The notes beneath the pieces are model-generated. The model was given only the letters and a program-made list of their open reading frames with translations, searched no databases and had not been told where the DNA came from. From Nannocystales bacterium (GTDB taxonomy: Bacteria > Myxococcota_A > Polyangia > Nannocystales > Nannocystaceae): a stretch of DNA of 64,000 nt. Position numbers and translations under genes: made by a program. Shown piece by piece: positions 35,733-45,398 of this stretch; position 1 is the first letter of the stretch; every line of letters begins with the position of its first letter. The stretch is taken from NCBI GenBank assembly GCA_050633305.1, contig JBOEGF010000005.1, positions 224,001 to 288,000 of the forward strand, given 5' to 3'.

Positions 35733-36152
35733 CTACCGCTCGAGGTCCCTGCCGCACTCGCCGCACAGCCACGCCCGGTCGGCGGTCGGGTCCTCGCTGA
35801 GGCCAATGAACGCACTATCCCCAGCTGACATGGACGCATTGCAGCGGCTGCATCGCGCATCCTTGCCGAGCACGACTCCGTTCCAGGCGTAGACGTGGTC
35901 CAGGGCAACTCGCTCCGGCGGAGCTTCGAGTCCACCCTCGAGCACCGGGTCCACGTCCGGATCCGCCAAACCGAAGGCGTCTTCGAGCACGCCCCGAACG
36001 AGGTTCGACACCGACATGCGACGGCGACGTGCTTCCTCTCGGATCGCGTTGTCCAGCCGCCGATCGACCCGGGTCTGCACCAGCCTGTCCTTGCGGAGTT
36101 CTTTGGAGCGGAGCTTCTCCGCCTTGCGCATCTTGCGTAGGTCCGACGACAT
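35733..36152 (-). CDS. Ribbon-helix-helix regulator with C-terminal 4-Cys zinc-binding domain
   Basis: LVQTRVDRRLDNAIREEARRRRMSVSNLVRGVL (RHH); CSRC..CGEC. Confidence 0.7.
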   Translation of the reverse strand: MSSDLRKMRKAEKLRSKELRKDRLVQTRVDRRLDNAIREEARRRRMSVSNLVRGVLEDAFGLADPDVDPVLEGGLEAPPERVALDHVYAWNGVVLGKDARCSRCNASMSAGDSAFIGLSEDPTADRAWLCGECGRDLER

Positions 36153-36194
36153 TGGGGTCGGGGCCGACTATGCCACGCGTTGACGAGAAAATGA

Positions 36195-36230
36195 TTGTAA
36201 TCGTTGACAACGTAATCGTTTGTATTACAA
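36195..36230. promoter_or_regulatory. AT-rich operator/promoter between the divergent regulator and desaturase
   Basis: Direct repeat GTAATCGTT (36197, 36212); inverted repeat TTGTAAT..ATTACAA; TTGACA at 36204. Confidence 0.65.
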
Positions 36231-36238
36231 ACGGGGCC

Positions 36239-37321
36239 ATGACGACGGAAGGGGCCAAGTACAAGGCATTCGGAGGCGAAATTAACGAGCTACGCCGCGA
36301 AGTTGAAGCTCAAATCGGGTCCGAAGATGTCATACACCTGAAGAAATTGTGCGCGTTTTCGCGCGGGTTGGAACTTACCGGCCGGCTGTTGATCCACTTC
36401 AGCCCCGGTCCCATGAGCTTCGCGGTGGGCGTGGTGGCCCTCGCTGGCCACAAGCAGTTGCACGGCTCCGAAATCGGCCATGCGGTCCTGCACGGGGCCT
36501 ACGACAAGCTCCCCGGTGCGCAGGCATTTCAGAGCAAGAACTACTGGTGGGAGTCACCCATCGACGAGGAGAGTTGGCGGCAGGGGCACAACGTCGCCCA
36601 CCACCAGTACACCAACGTCGTGGGCAAGGACCCCGACTGCAAGTACGGCACGATTCGGCTCAACGAGAACGTCCCGTGGGAGTCCGCGAACACGCACCAA
36701 CATCTGCAACCGCTGCTGATCTGGCCCTCGTTTTCCTTCAACATGGCCGCGCACTTCAGCGGGCTGATCGATTTCTACCTGCGCAAGCCCGCGGACTACG
36801 ATGTGCTCCCGGACCGGAAACCGACGACAGTCGTTCGCGCACATCGGAAGTGGCTGAGAAAGGTGGTGCCGTACTACGGCAAGGAGTACGGCTTGTTCCC
36901 TCTGCTGGCGGGCCCCATGTTTTGGAAGGTCGCGCTGGGGAACTGGATGGCCGAAGTCCTCCGCAGCATCTACACGGCGGCGACGATCTTCACCGGCCAC
37001 GTCGGGGATGACACCGCTTCCTACCCGGAGGGCACACGTGCTTCGAACCGAGGCGAGTGGTACGCGATGCAAGTCCGATCGGCGAACAACTTCGAGGTCC
37101 CCTCGTGGATGTCCGTATTGTGCGGCGGGCTCGACTACCAGATCGAGCATCATCTGTTTCCGAAGTGGCCGCCCAATCGGCTTCGACAGGCTGCACCCCG
37201 CGTCCGCGAGATTTGCGAACGTCACGGAATCGAGTACCGCACGGCTCGCTGGGGCACGATGCTGGGCCGGGTGTTCCGCCAACTCCGGACCCTGAGCAAG
37301 CGGCCGGCGATCGCCAGCTGA
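36239..37321 (+). CDS. Acyl-CoA/fatty acid desaturase (DesA3-like)
   Basis: His boxes EIGHAVLHG, HNVAHHQYTN and QIEHHLFP. Confidence 0.92.
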   Translation: MTTEGAKYKAFGGEINELRREVEAQIGSEDVIHLKKLCAFSRGLELTGRLLIHFSPGPMSFAVGVVALAGHKQLHGSEIGHAVLHGAYDKLPGAQAFQSKNYWWESPIDEESWRQGHNVAHHQYTNVVGKDPDCKYGTIRLNENVPWESANTHQHLQPLLIWPSFSFNMAAHFSGLIDFYLRKPADYDVLPDRKPTTVVRAHRKWLRKVVPYYGKEYGLFPLLAGPMFWKVALGNWMAEVLRSIYTAATIFTGHVGDDTASYPEGTRASNRGEWYAMQVRSANNFEVPSWMSVLCGGLDYQIEHHLFPKWPPNRLRQAAPRVREICERHGIEYRTARWGTMLGRVFRQLRTLSKRPAIAS

Positions 37322-37515
37322 AGTGGCGGACGCTCGGCAACCCGATGCGCTTCTCGTTCCACTCCGCGGGTTCAGCTTGCGCAACAAGATCTCTGGGAAC
37401 GCGAAGGTGACCGGACTCGAGCGCGCGCAGCCCCGGTAGTGGGCCCGCCCTCGACTCCGGGTGACGCATCGCGGGTGCTCCTTCTCGCGCGACGGCGGCC
37501 GTTCGCTCGTCGCCT

Positions 37516-37803
37516 CTAGGAATTCCGGCTTCGGCCAACCACCGCGCCGACACCGAGCACCAGCGCTGCGGGAACACCCATCAACACTGCGACCTTCACG
37601 AACGGAAGGACCAGCATCAGCGGCCCCAGGGCGGCGGGTCGGCGCTCAGCCTCGGGCTCGGTCTGCTTCGTATCGTCGTGTCGTGCGCTCTCCTGTCGCG
37701 TCGTTTCGGCCCAGTCGGTCTGGGCCAGTGGCAGCATCAGCAGCCCCGCGACTCCCGACAGCCCCAGCGTGGCGAGAGTTCGCCGCCGCAGTTGCCGACT
37801 CAT
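37516..37803 (-). CDS. Small hypothetical membrane protein
   Basis: Two hydrophobic segments; 4-nt overlap with the upstream gene. Confidence 0.5.
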   Translation of the reverse strand: MSRQLRRRTLATLGLSGVAGLLMLPLAQTDWAETTRQESARHDDTKQTEPEAERRPAALGPLMLVLPFVKVAVLMGVPAALVLGVGAVVGRSRNS

Positions 37804-38255
37804 GCTTCCCTCCGCCGTCGCACTACACCTGCGATCCACTTGGCATGGAGCGCGAGGTGAACCCCGATCGCCGGGAGCAGAAGGTTTGAAGATCGATGGT
37901 GCAGGGTGGTCCAGAAGGGATCGGGCGTCCAACCGCCGAGCGCGATGGGGAAAAGCGAAACCGAGGCCATGAAGCCGGACACCAGCACGAACACCATCCA
38001 CGGATAGAGGATGGCGTCCCACACCGCGTTCAACCTCGCCTTGGCGCCGAGCTTCCGAGTGAACCGACCCAGCACCCTCAAGACCCAGTCCCAGTTGAGC
38101 GCGAGGTGGAGGGCAAAGACGGGGAGGAACACGAGGCTCAACCACTCATGCAGCGGCAACCCTGTCGCCTGCGGAGCGCTGAGGACCACGAAGAGGATGA
38201 AGAGGGCGACGTCGGTCCAGATCTTGGTCGCGGTTGTCACTCCGCTTCGGCTCAT
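37800..38255 (-). CDS. DUF4405 / cytochrome-b-like membrane protein
   Basis: ATGLPLHEWL, HLALNWDW, LHH and HLALHAKWI: paired His-bearing TM helices. Confidence 0.8.
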   Translation of the reverse strand: MSRSGVTTATKIWTDVALFILFVVLSAPQATGLPLHEWLSLVFLPVFALHLALNWDWVLRVLGRFTRKLGAKARLNAVWDAILYPWMVFVLVSGFMASVSLFPIALGGWTPDPFWTTLHHRSSNLLLPAIGVHLALHAKWIAGVVRRRREA

Positions 38256-38619
38256 TCGAGAGCTCCACCGCGCGCGATGGACGGGTCGGCGTGGCACGAC
38301 ACCGTGACCTTTCGCCCACTCATGTTTGGTACTGGGACCATCGTGCGCAGTGTCCCCTTGCGGCGTCGCTGCGACTACGTTGGTCCCGGATGACCGTATT
38401 CGCCCGGTGAATGGGCGCCCCCTCATGCGGTCGCGAGTCACGCCGCTGGTGGCCACCTCCGGCAAGAAACCTCTTCTTCGGCCTTCAAGGGTCGAGTTGT
38501 CATCCCGCGCGCCTTGTGCGCGATGGTGCGGGAGTTCTGTCGTCGATTTCTGCGTCCCTGGGAGGTCGGGTTCGTTTCTGTTCATCCGGCGGCCAGCCGT
38601 CTCGACAAGAGCCCGACTC

Positions 38620-38820
38620 ATGACCAAGCGAACCTTCATCCTCGACCCGAGCCTCACCTTTGACCCCTCGGCGACGTCTGCCGAACAGAAGACCCGAAAA
38701 CCCGGTGGTGACGGTTGTTGCACTCCGGAGTCCGCGGCCCAGCCCCAGGCGCCGGGAGCTTGTTGTGAGCCGGGCGCCAAGCCTCGTGCCGCTGAGCCAC
38801 GGGAGAGTGGCTGCTGCTGA
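38620..38820 (+). CDS. 66-aa protein with three vicinal Cys pairs
   Basis: GCC, ACC and terminal GCC; directly upstream of the flavoprotein. Confidence 0.6.
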   Translation: MTKRTFILDPSLTFDPSATSAEQKTRKPGGDGCCTPESAAQPQAPGACCEPGAKPRAAEPRESGCC

Positions 38821-38861
38821 GCACCGCCCCGTTCTCGCATCGACCTCCGAAGAACTCGAAG

Positions 38862-40163
38862 ATGTCTACCCTCGTCAAATTTCCCGTCGTCGTCATTGGT
38901 GCAGGCCCGGTCGGGCTCGCCACCGCCGCAAACCTCGTTGAGCGAGGGCTCTCGTTCCTCGTCCTCGAAGCCGGGGAGCGTGTCGCCGCGTCCATGTCGG
39001 ACTGGGGACACGTTCGGTTGTTCACGCCGTGGTCCTACTTGGTCGACCCGGCGAGTCAACGCCTGCTCGAGGCCGAGGGGACCTGGTTGTCGCCTGACCC
39101 TCAGGGGGTTCCGCTGGCGAAGGAACTCGTCCACGACTATCTCGATCCGCTGAGCAAGCTCGGTTCGATCGAGCCGAATCTCCGGTTGCACCATCGCGTT
39201 GTGGCGGTGGGCCGGGAAGGGCACGACCGTATGAAGGATGGCCACCCTGAGGATCGGTCGACCAAGCCTTTTATCGTCACCGTCGACACGCCGGACGGGC
39301 GGGCCCGGATCAAGGCGAGCGCGGTGATCGATGCGTCGGGAACGTGGACCACTCCGAACCCGATGGGAGCTGGGGGGGTCGCGGCTGCTGGCGAATCCGA
39401 GTTTGGCGCTCATATCCGCTACGGGATGCCCGATGTGCTCGGTGCTGAGCGGCAGCGCTATGAAGGGAAACGCGTCCTGGTTGTGGGCTCGGGGCACTCC
39501 GCGATCGGGTCGGTGATCAACCTCGCCGCACTCGCCAAGGAGTCCGAGGACACTCTCGTGGCCTGGGGAATCCGCGGAGACAACCCTCGGAAGCTGTGGG
39601 GGGGCGGAGCCGCGGATGGCGTGAAGGCGCGTGGCGCTTTGGGCACGACGGTTCATCAAGCCGTCGTGGACGGCTCAATCACGTTGCTGACCGCACTCTC
39701 GATCGGAGCGCTACGCGAGCACCCCGAAGGCATCGCCGTGGTGGATGTCGACGAACGCCCCCGGGTGGTCGTGGACGAGATCATCGTTGCGACGGGAGCT
39801 CGCCCAAACCTGGAGATGCTGCGCGAACTTCGGACGGAGTTCGACGTGCCCACGGAGTCCAGCAAGGCACTGGGGCCGATGATCGACCCCAACCACCACA
39901 GCTGCGGAAGCGTGAGGCCTCACGGTGCTGCCGAGCTCGCCCACCCCGAGAAAGACTTCTACATCGTGGGCATGAAGTCCTATGGACGTGCGCCAACGTT
40001 CTTGCTCATGACTGGGTACGAGCAGGTGCGATCGGTGGTCGCGGAACTCGCAGGCGACCATGAGGCGGCACGGCACGTGGAGCTCGTTCTCCCCGAGACA
40101 GGGGTGTGCTCGACCGATCTGGCGCACGGCGAGACCGCGGCGGCCACCGGCGGATGTTGCTGA
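38862..40163 (+). CDS. FAD/NAD(P)-dependent oxidoreductase (ArsO-like flavoprotein)
   Basis: IGAGPVGL, WGHVRLF.PW, VVGSGHSA, DPNHHSCGSV, GMKSYGRAPTFL, LPETGVCS and terminal GGCC. Confidence 0.88.
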   Translation: MSTLVKFPVVVIGAGPVGLATAANLVERGLSFLVLEAGERVAASMSDWGHVRLFTPWSYLVDPASQRLLEAEGTWLSPDPQGVPLAKELVHDYLDPLSKLGSIEPNLRLHHRVVAVGREGHDRMKDGHPEDRSTKPFIVTVDTPDGRARIKASAVIDASGTWTTPNPMGAGGVAAAGESEFGAHIRYGMPDVLGAERQRYEGKRVLVVGSGHSAIGSVINLAALAKESEDTLVAWGIRGDNPRKLWGGGAADGVKARGALGTTVHQAVVDGSITLLTALSIGALREHPEGIAVVDVDERPRVVVDEIIVATGARPNLEMLRELRTEFDVPTESSKALGPMIDPNHHSCGSVRPHGAAELAHPEKDFYIVGMKSYGRAPTFLLMTGYEQVRSVVAELAGDHEAARHVELVLPETGVCSTDLAHGETAAATGGCC

Positions 40164-41389
40164 GCGTTTCGTTCCGTTCGCTGGTCGCCAGGCTGTCGGC
40201 CAGCACGCTGGTCGCCTGGGGGGTGCTGTACTACGCCTTCTCGGTCGTTTTACCCGCGATGCAACCCGACCTCGGTTGGTCCAGTGTCACCATCGCCGCC
40301 GGTCTCTCTGTTGGGCTGCTGACATCGGGGGTGCTGAGTCCGTGGGTCGGCGCAAGGATCGACGGGCTCGGCTCGCGCGGGCTCATGGCGTCGGGGGTCG
40401 TACTTGGAGCCGGGGGCTTGCTGGTGTGGAGCGTCGCCTCGAGCGTTGCGCTGTACCTCTCTGCTTGGGTCCTCATCGGCGCAGGCATGTCGGCGACGCT
40501 GTATGAGCCGGCATTCGCGACGCTGGTCCGCGCCGACCCTACCCGCAGCCGTACGGGGATTCTGGTCGTCTCGGTGGTGGGGGCGCTGGCAGCCACGCTC
40601 TTCCTTCCGCTCAGCGCGGCTCTGATCGACATCCTCGGTTGGCGTGATGCTCTTCGCACGCTTGCTGCGATCCTGCTGCTGACCAGCTTGCCTCTCAACC
40701 TCACGCTTCCGATCGGTCCCGCCGACCCCGTCGTCTGTGCGTCGTCGAAGTCTGTGCCGTGGGAGCAGAGAGCAATCAGCACCGCCCGGTCCTCAAACCC
40801 GCTTCGGGCAATCACTGGGGCGTTCATGCTCGCCAACGCGGCATCGGTCGCTTTCGGCGCGCACCTTGTCGTGTTCTTGGTGGCCCAGGGACAGACCGCC
40901 CACGCCGCAGCGTGGATCGCCGGATCCGCTGGATTCGCGAAGATCGCGGGGCGTCTAGCGAGCGCAGTCGTGACCCGGCGGTCCTCCTTGTCGTTGCTGC
41001 GGCTGTCGCTCGTCACGCAGGCGTTGTCGATGGTGCCCGCAATCCTGTGGCCCTCGACCGCCGCGATGTTGTTCATGGTGCTCGCGTTCGGGGCGTGCAG
41101 CGGAGCCCGCACCGTCCTCCGCCCGACCGCGGTGCTGGAACTCGTCGGCACCCAGAAGTTCGGACAGCGCAACGGCGTGGTGCAGTTGTTCTCTACGATC
41201 GCGAAGTCAGCTGCACCTGCCGGCTTTGGTCTCGTGCTGGGAGGCGCAGGCCTCTCGGTCGCGTGGGGGGTGCTCGTGGGGCTGATGTTGATCAGCGCGT
41301 TGATCCTCCCCCGCGAGACCTCCGGCTCTGCCGACCCCCGCGAGACCTCCGGACCCGCCGACGCTGCTAGGGCAGGGCTTTCGCGCTGA
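40154..41389 (+). CDS. MFS transporter (ArsK-like)
   Basis: AWGVLYYAF, TLYEPAFA; about 12 TM segments; overlaps the oxidoreductase stop. Confidence 0.85.
   Translation: MLLSVSFRSLVARLSASTLVAWGVLYYAFSVVLPAMQPDLGWSSVTIAAGLSVGLLTSGVLSPWVGARIDGLGSRGLMASGVVLGAGGLLVWSVASSVALYLSAWVLIGAGMSATLYEPAFATLVRADPTRSRTGILVVSVVGALAATLFLPLSAALIDILGWRDALRTLAAILLLTSLPLNLTLPIGPADPVVCASSKSVPWEQRAISTARSSNPLRAITGAFMLANAASVAFGAHLVVFLVAQGQTAHAAAWIAGSAGFAKIAGRLASAVVTRRSSLSLLRLSLVTQALSMVPAILWPSTAAMLFMVLAFGACSGARTVLRPTAVLELVGTQKFGQRNGVVQLFSTIAKSAAPAGFGLVLGGAGLSVAWGVLVGLMLISALILPRETSGSADPRETSGPADAARAGLSR
41309..41362 (+). repeat. 27-bp tandem duplication in the MFS C-terminus
   Basis: Two near-identical units encoding PRETSGSAD and PRETSGPAD. 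Confidence 0.8.
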
Positions 41390-42950
41390 GCACGTCGTGG
41401 TCGTCGAACCCGGCCATCATGGCGTCGACCATACCCATCCCGACCCGGACATAGCCGCGGCGGGTGAAGTGAATGTGGTCGGCCTTGGCCATGGGAGGCG
41501 TCGCGGCGGCCCACTGGGTCATGCTCATCTCGCCCCCCATGAACTCGCGCAGATCCCAGAACGCGCAACCCATCTCCAAGGCGATCTCGCGCTGTGCCCG
41601 GAGGATGTACGACGTGCTCTCGCGGGGGCCGTACACGCCGTCCTCGCCCTTCTTGGGGAAGTCGCCGGGGCCGACGAGCAGGCATGCGGCCTGCGGAGCG
41701 GCTTCTTTGAGTCGGGTGAGCACGCCGGTGAGGCGCTCGCGATACGCCGACTCGGAGATGCCGCTGTTGGCTTCGTTGGTGCCGTATGCCAGCGTGATCA
41801 GGTCGGGGTTGCGACGCCGGACGTTGTCGTACCAGACCTCCGGTGCCCACCGCAGCATGTTGGATGCACGCGTGCCGCCGATGCCCAAGGTGTCGACAAC
41901 GACGCCGGGGGTGTCTCGTTCGACGCTCATGCCGAACAAGCGGACCTCTCCGTTGCCGATCGGTTGGACCTCGATGGTGTGCGCGCCTTCGGGAAGATCG
42001 ATGGCGAAGTACCCGGGTCCAAACGCCGCAGCCTTGGTCGAGACTCTCGCGTGGTGTGCCCCATCGACCAACACCTTGAAGCTGCCGCCCTTGGGCTGTT
42101 CGAGGTAGTGAATCTCGTAGTTGGACCCGACGCTGCCGTCTCGGTGGCTCACGCGTCCGAACGCCTTCGTTTTTGAAGCGGCCAGGCTGACGCCGATGAG
42201 ACCGTAGTAGCCGTCGTCTCGACCCTTACGGCGTTGGGCGTGCTCGGTGCGCCAGTGCTTGAAGCCCTCGGTGAGCATTTCGACGTGGCCGTACCAACGC
42301 CATGGCTTGGCCAGGTGGACGAAACCGTGGCCGCCGTCGCCGAAGCGTTCGCGCAGGTACGCGCGCAAGTAGTGGGTGTAGATGTCCGCGTCGGTATGCG
42401 AGGCGCCGTACATCAGCACCCGCACCTTGCCGTCGGGGTCGTTGCCGGCCTTGAGGGTTCGCAGTGCCGCGTAGAACGGTTCGAGCGGTCGTGCGTCCGC
42501 GTTGGCGATGGTCAGCGGTTGGTAGATGCCGAGCGCGTTTCCGTTGACATGGCGCGTTGCGACCTCCGATCCCGCGAGTCCGGAACTACCCGGCAGGCTG
42601 TCGAGGAGCGAGTCGTCCAGGGCTTCTTCGCCGGAGGCAGGCGTGAGCGCGGTCGCTTGCGGAGAGATCCACGGCACACTTTCTCCTCGGGTATCCTCAA
42701 AGAGCGCGTCCCCGAGCAGTGCCGTTTGCGCGCTGACTCGGGCTTTGCGGGCATCTTCGCCGAGCCCTGCGACCACCGGGACGGCGGTATCTGGGGCTTG
42801 TGCCGGCACGGGCGTGAGCGCTTGCGCAGGGGCGTCGTCCGCGGTTGCTGGCGTCGTAGAGACGCTTGCAGCTTCGGGCTCGGGCTTGCACCCCCCGCAT
42901 CCGAGCAGGAAGCACAGGCTGACAGCGCCCCACGTCGCAGGCTTCGACAC
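41367..42950 (-). CDS. SGNH/GDSL hydrolase lipoprotein (Ape1/PatB-like O-acetylation enzyme)
   Basis: Lipobox-like FLLGC; GASHT, YGTNEA and DHIHFT blocks. Confidence 0.8.
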   Translation of the reverse strand: MSKPATWGAVSLCFLLGCGGCKPEPEAASVSTTPATADDAPAQALTPVPAQAPDTAVPVVAGLGEDARKARVSAQTALLGDALFEDTRGESVPWISPQATALTPASGEEALDDSLLDSLPGSSGLAGSEVATRHVNGNALGIYQPLTIANADARPLEPFYAALRTLKAGNDPDGKVRVLMYGASHTDADIYTHYLRAYLRERFGDGGHGFVHLAKPWRWYGHVEMLTEGFKHWRTEHAQRRKGRDDGYYGLIGVSLAASKTKAFGRVSHRDGSVGSNYEIHYLEQPKGGSFKVLVDGAHHARVSTKAAAFGPGYFAIDLPEGAHTIEVQPIGNGEVRLFGMSVERDTPGVVVDTLGIGGTRASNMLRWAPEVWYDNVRRRNPDLITLAYGTNEANSGISESAYRERLTGVLTRLKEAAPQAACLLVGPGDFPKKGEDGVYGPRESTSYILRAQREIALEMGCAFWDLREFMGGEMSMTQWAAATPPMAKADHIHFTRRGYVRVGMGMVDAMMAGFDDHDVLSAKALP

Positions 42951-43040
42951 GCGATGGATGCTGCGGGCCCAAGCCGATCGGGTCAAATTCGAGGCATCCC
43001 GCTCGCGCAATTCGCTCAGAATTGGTCCAGAATGCCCGGC

Positions 43041-43613
43041 ATGCCCACTTGGCGCATCGATCGATTGGCTCACCGGGCGTTGCCCCTGGTGATCGCGCTC
43101 GATGCGGAGGATGACGCGGTTGTGTACATCAGTCTGGGCGGCCGGATGCACAACATCGTGGAACACGCGGCGCGCCATCATGCGGTGCTTGTGCTGGAGC
43201 GCCGCGCGACGACGCCGGCGCGTGTCCAGCTCCGAGAATACCTCGATGGACACCGCCAGGACTTCCAGCTGCGGACGCGAGCTTTGGGGACGACGTTTCA
43301 ACGAAAAGCCTGGTCGGCGCTGACCGACATCCCATTTGGTGAGACCCGCAGCTACGTCGCGCAGGCCAAGTCGATCGGAGTGGACGGTGGGGCGCGAGCC
43401 GTGGGGCGGGCCAACGGCGCCAACCCGATCTCGATCGTCGTCCCGTGCCACCGTGTGCTGGGAGCCTCGGGCTCGATGACCGGCTTTGGCGGGGGGGTGG
43501 ACACCAAGCGGTGGCTGCTCGCACTCGAACGAGACGGACATGTGCCGTCTTGGACACCCGCGGAACGATCCGCGCGCCGTGCATCGGTGGCACAACTAGG
43601 ACTGTTCGCGTGA
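43041..43613 (+). CDS. ogt: Methylated-DNA--protein-cysteine methyltransferase
   Basis: GTTFQ..W, IPFGETRSY, ARAVG.ANG.NP and PCHRV motifs. Alternative start at 43032. Confidence 0.92.
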   Translation: MPTWRIDRLAHRALPLVIALDAEDDAVVYISLGGRMHNIVEHAARHHAVLVLERRATTPARVQLREYLDGHRQDFQLRTRALGTTFQRKAWSALTDIPFGETRSYVAQAKSIGVDGGARAVGRANGANPISIVVPCHRVLGASGSMTGFGGGVDTKRWLLALERDGHVPSWTPAERSARRASVAQLGLFA

Positions 43614-44368
43614 AGAAGGTTCTCGAGTCTCTAGAAGCGACCGGCGCCCTCGCGGTCTTCGCCGTGGACGTGGTCCGGGCCATGTTGACCCGTCCGTTCT
43701 TCGGCGTGGAGCTGTTCCGTACCATGTGGCTGCTGGTGAAGCGCTGCCTGGTCCCGGTGGGGCTCGCGGTTGCTCCCGTGGGAGCGGTTATCTCGCTGCA
43801 GGGTCTGGAGCTGTTCCGGATGTTTGGGCTCGACCGCATGCTCAGCTCGTTGTTGGGCACGGCGATCTTTCGTGAGTACAGCCCAGCGTTGGCCTCGGTG
43901 ATGGTCGCGGCCCAGGCGGGTTCATCGATCGCAGCCCGCATCGGCACCATGCGGGTGCGTGGGCAGATCGACGCGCTCGCAGTGATGTCGGTGGACCCGA
44001 TGCGTTACGTCGTCGTCCCCGGCGTGATCGCCTGCGCCATCGTGACGCCGCTTCTCAACGTGCTCACCAACTTTTTGGGTTTGTTCAGCGGTTGGGTCTT
44101 CGCGGTGCCGTTGGGCGGCGTCGATCATGGCGCCTTCATGGAGCACCTCACCGCTCAGGTGACCCCCGCGGACCTTTGGGTTGGCCTGGGCAAGTGCCTG
44201 CTGTTCGGAACCTCGGTCGGGCTCATGGCCGGCTTCTTGGGGATGCGCGTCTCCGGTGGCGCCGAGTCGGTTGGCAAAGCTGCCAACGACACGGTCGTCG
44301 CGACCATCGTCATGATCCTGGTCGTCGACTACATCGTGTCGTACGTGTTGCTGGGGGTGGGCGTGTGA
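43610..44368 (+). CDS. mlaE: MlaE/YrbE-type ABC permease
   Basis: REYSP, GSSIAARIGTM..QIDAL.VM.VDP and GAESVG motifs. Confidence 0.9.
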   Translation: MKKVLESLEATGALAVFAVDVVRAMLTRPFFGVELFRTMWLLVKRCLVPVGLAVAPVGAVISLQGLELFRMFGLDRMLSSLLGTAIFREYSPALASVMVAAQAGSSIAARIGTMRVRGQIDALAVMSVDPMRYVVVPGVIACAIVTPLLNVLTNFLGLFSGWVFAVPLGGVDHGAFMEHLTAQVTPADLWVGLGKCLLFGTSVGLMAGFLGMRVSGGAESVGKAANDTVVATIVMILVVDYIVSYVLLGVGV

Positions 44369-45099
44369 AGACGTTCTTCGAGTTCCTCATCTTCGCCCGG
44401 TACGCGGTCGCGGCTCAGTTCGCCGGGTTTCCCGACCGACGCATCCTGGCCCAGCAGCTCTACACGGCTGGCGTCGGCAGCATGGCGCTGCTCACCGTCC
44501 TCACGATCTTCGCGGGTCTGAACCTGTCGGTGCAGTCGTACAGCACCTTCCAGCGCTTTGGCGGCCAGGACTTCCTGGGGATGTTTGCGGGGATCGGAGG
44601 GGTTCGCGAGCTCTATCCGGTGATGGCCGCGATCATCTGCGGAGCCCGGATCGGCGCGAACTTGGCTGCGGCGCTGGCCAACATGAAGATCAGCGAGCAG
44701 GTCGAAGCGCTCGAGGTGATGTCGGTGGACCCGATGCGGCACCTCGTGGCACCACGCCTGTGGGCCGTCACGCTCGCGCTCCCCCTGTTGTGTGGCTACG
44801 CCAACGTCGTTGGCATCGCGGGCAGCTACTACGGCGCTGTGCATCAACTCGGGTTGGACGGGGGAACGTTCGTCAGCCAACTCGAGCAGTTCGTGCACTT
44901 CAGCGACCTGCTCGTCGGAGTCGGCAAAGGACTCATCTTCGGCTGGCTGGTGGCCCTGGTGGCGTGTTTCCACGGGTATCGGGCCGCGAAGAAAGAGGGC
45001 GCCGAAGGGGTCGGCATCGCGACCAACCGGGCGATCGTCCACGGCGCTGTGCTGTGCATCGTGCTCAACCTCCTGCTCAGCTGGGCCATGTACGGCTGA
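44365..45099 (+). CDS. mlaE: MlaE/YrbE-type ABC permease (second paralog)
   Basis: RELYP, MKISEQVEALEVMSVDP and GAEGVG.AT motifs. Confidence 0.9.
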   Translation: MKTFFEFLIFARYAVAAQFAGFPDRRILAQQLYTAGVGSMALLTVLTIFAGLNLSVQSYSTFQRFGGQDFLGMFAGIGGVRELYPVMAAIICGARIGANLAAALANMKISEQVEALEVMSVDPMRHLVAPRLWAVTLALPLLCGYANVVGIAGSYYGAVHQLGLDGGTFVSQLEQFVHFSDLLVGVGKGLIFGWLVALVACFHGYRAAKKEGAEGVGIATNRAIVHGAVLCIVLNLLLSWAMYG

Positions 45100-45398
45100 G
45101 TTGGGTACGGCTGGGTTGGGTTCCGCGGGACGTGAAGCCTGATCGTTGAATCGTTGGTTCAGGTCATGGAGCAACGATTGGGGGAGACCTCACGGGAGAT
45201 GCCGGAACACCCTTCTGTACGTTGTTCTGGACCGGCTCGCTGGTCGGCGGAGCCAAGTCACCGCAAAACAAGTGACGAAACCGTTTGGGTGGCGTAAGGG
45301 TCTGCGGAGGGCGGCTTCATGTCGGCGCGGGGGGTCTCGACCTCCACCAGTGCAGCGCCGGGCACCGATTGCCTGCTTCGACGACTGAGGATCTCATC

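Noticed and set aside
37800..39659. 619-aa ORF as a single gene
   Set aside because: Only the last ~151 aa (DUF4405-like) look real; the rest overlaps the flavoprotein antisense.
45290..45305. Sigma-54 promoter upstream of the spondin gene
   Set aside because: GG-to-GC spacing is 11 nt rather than the required 10.
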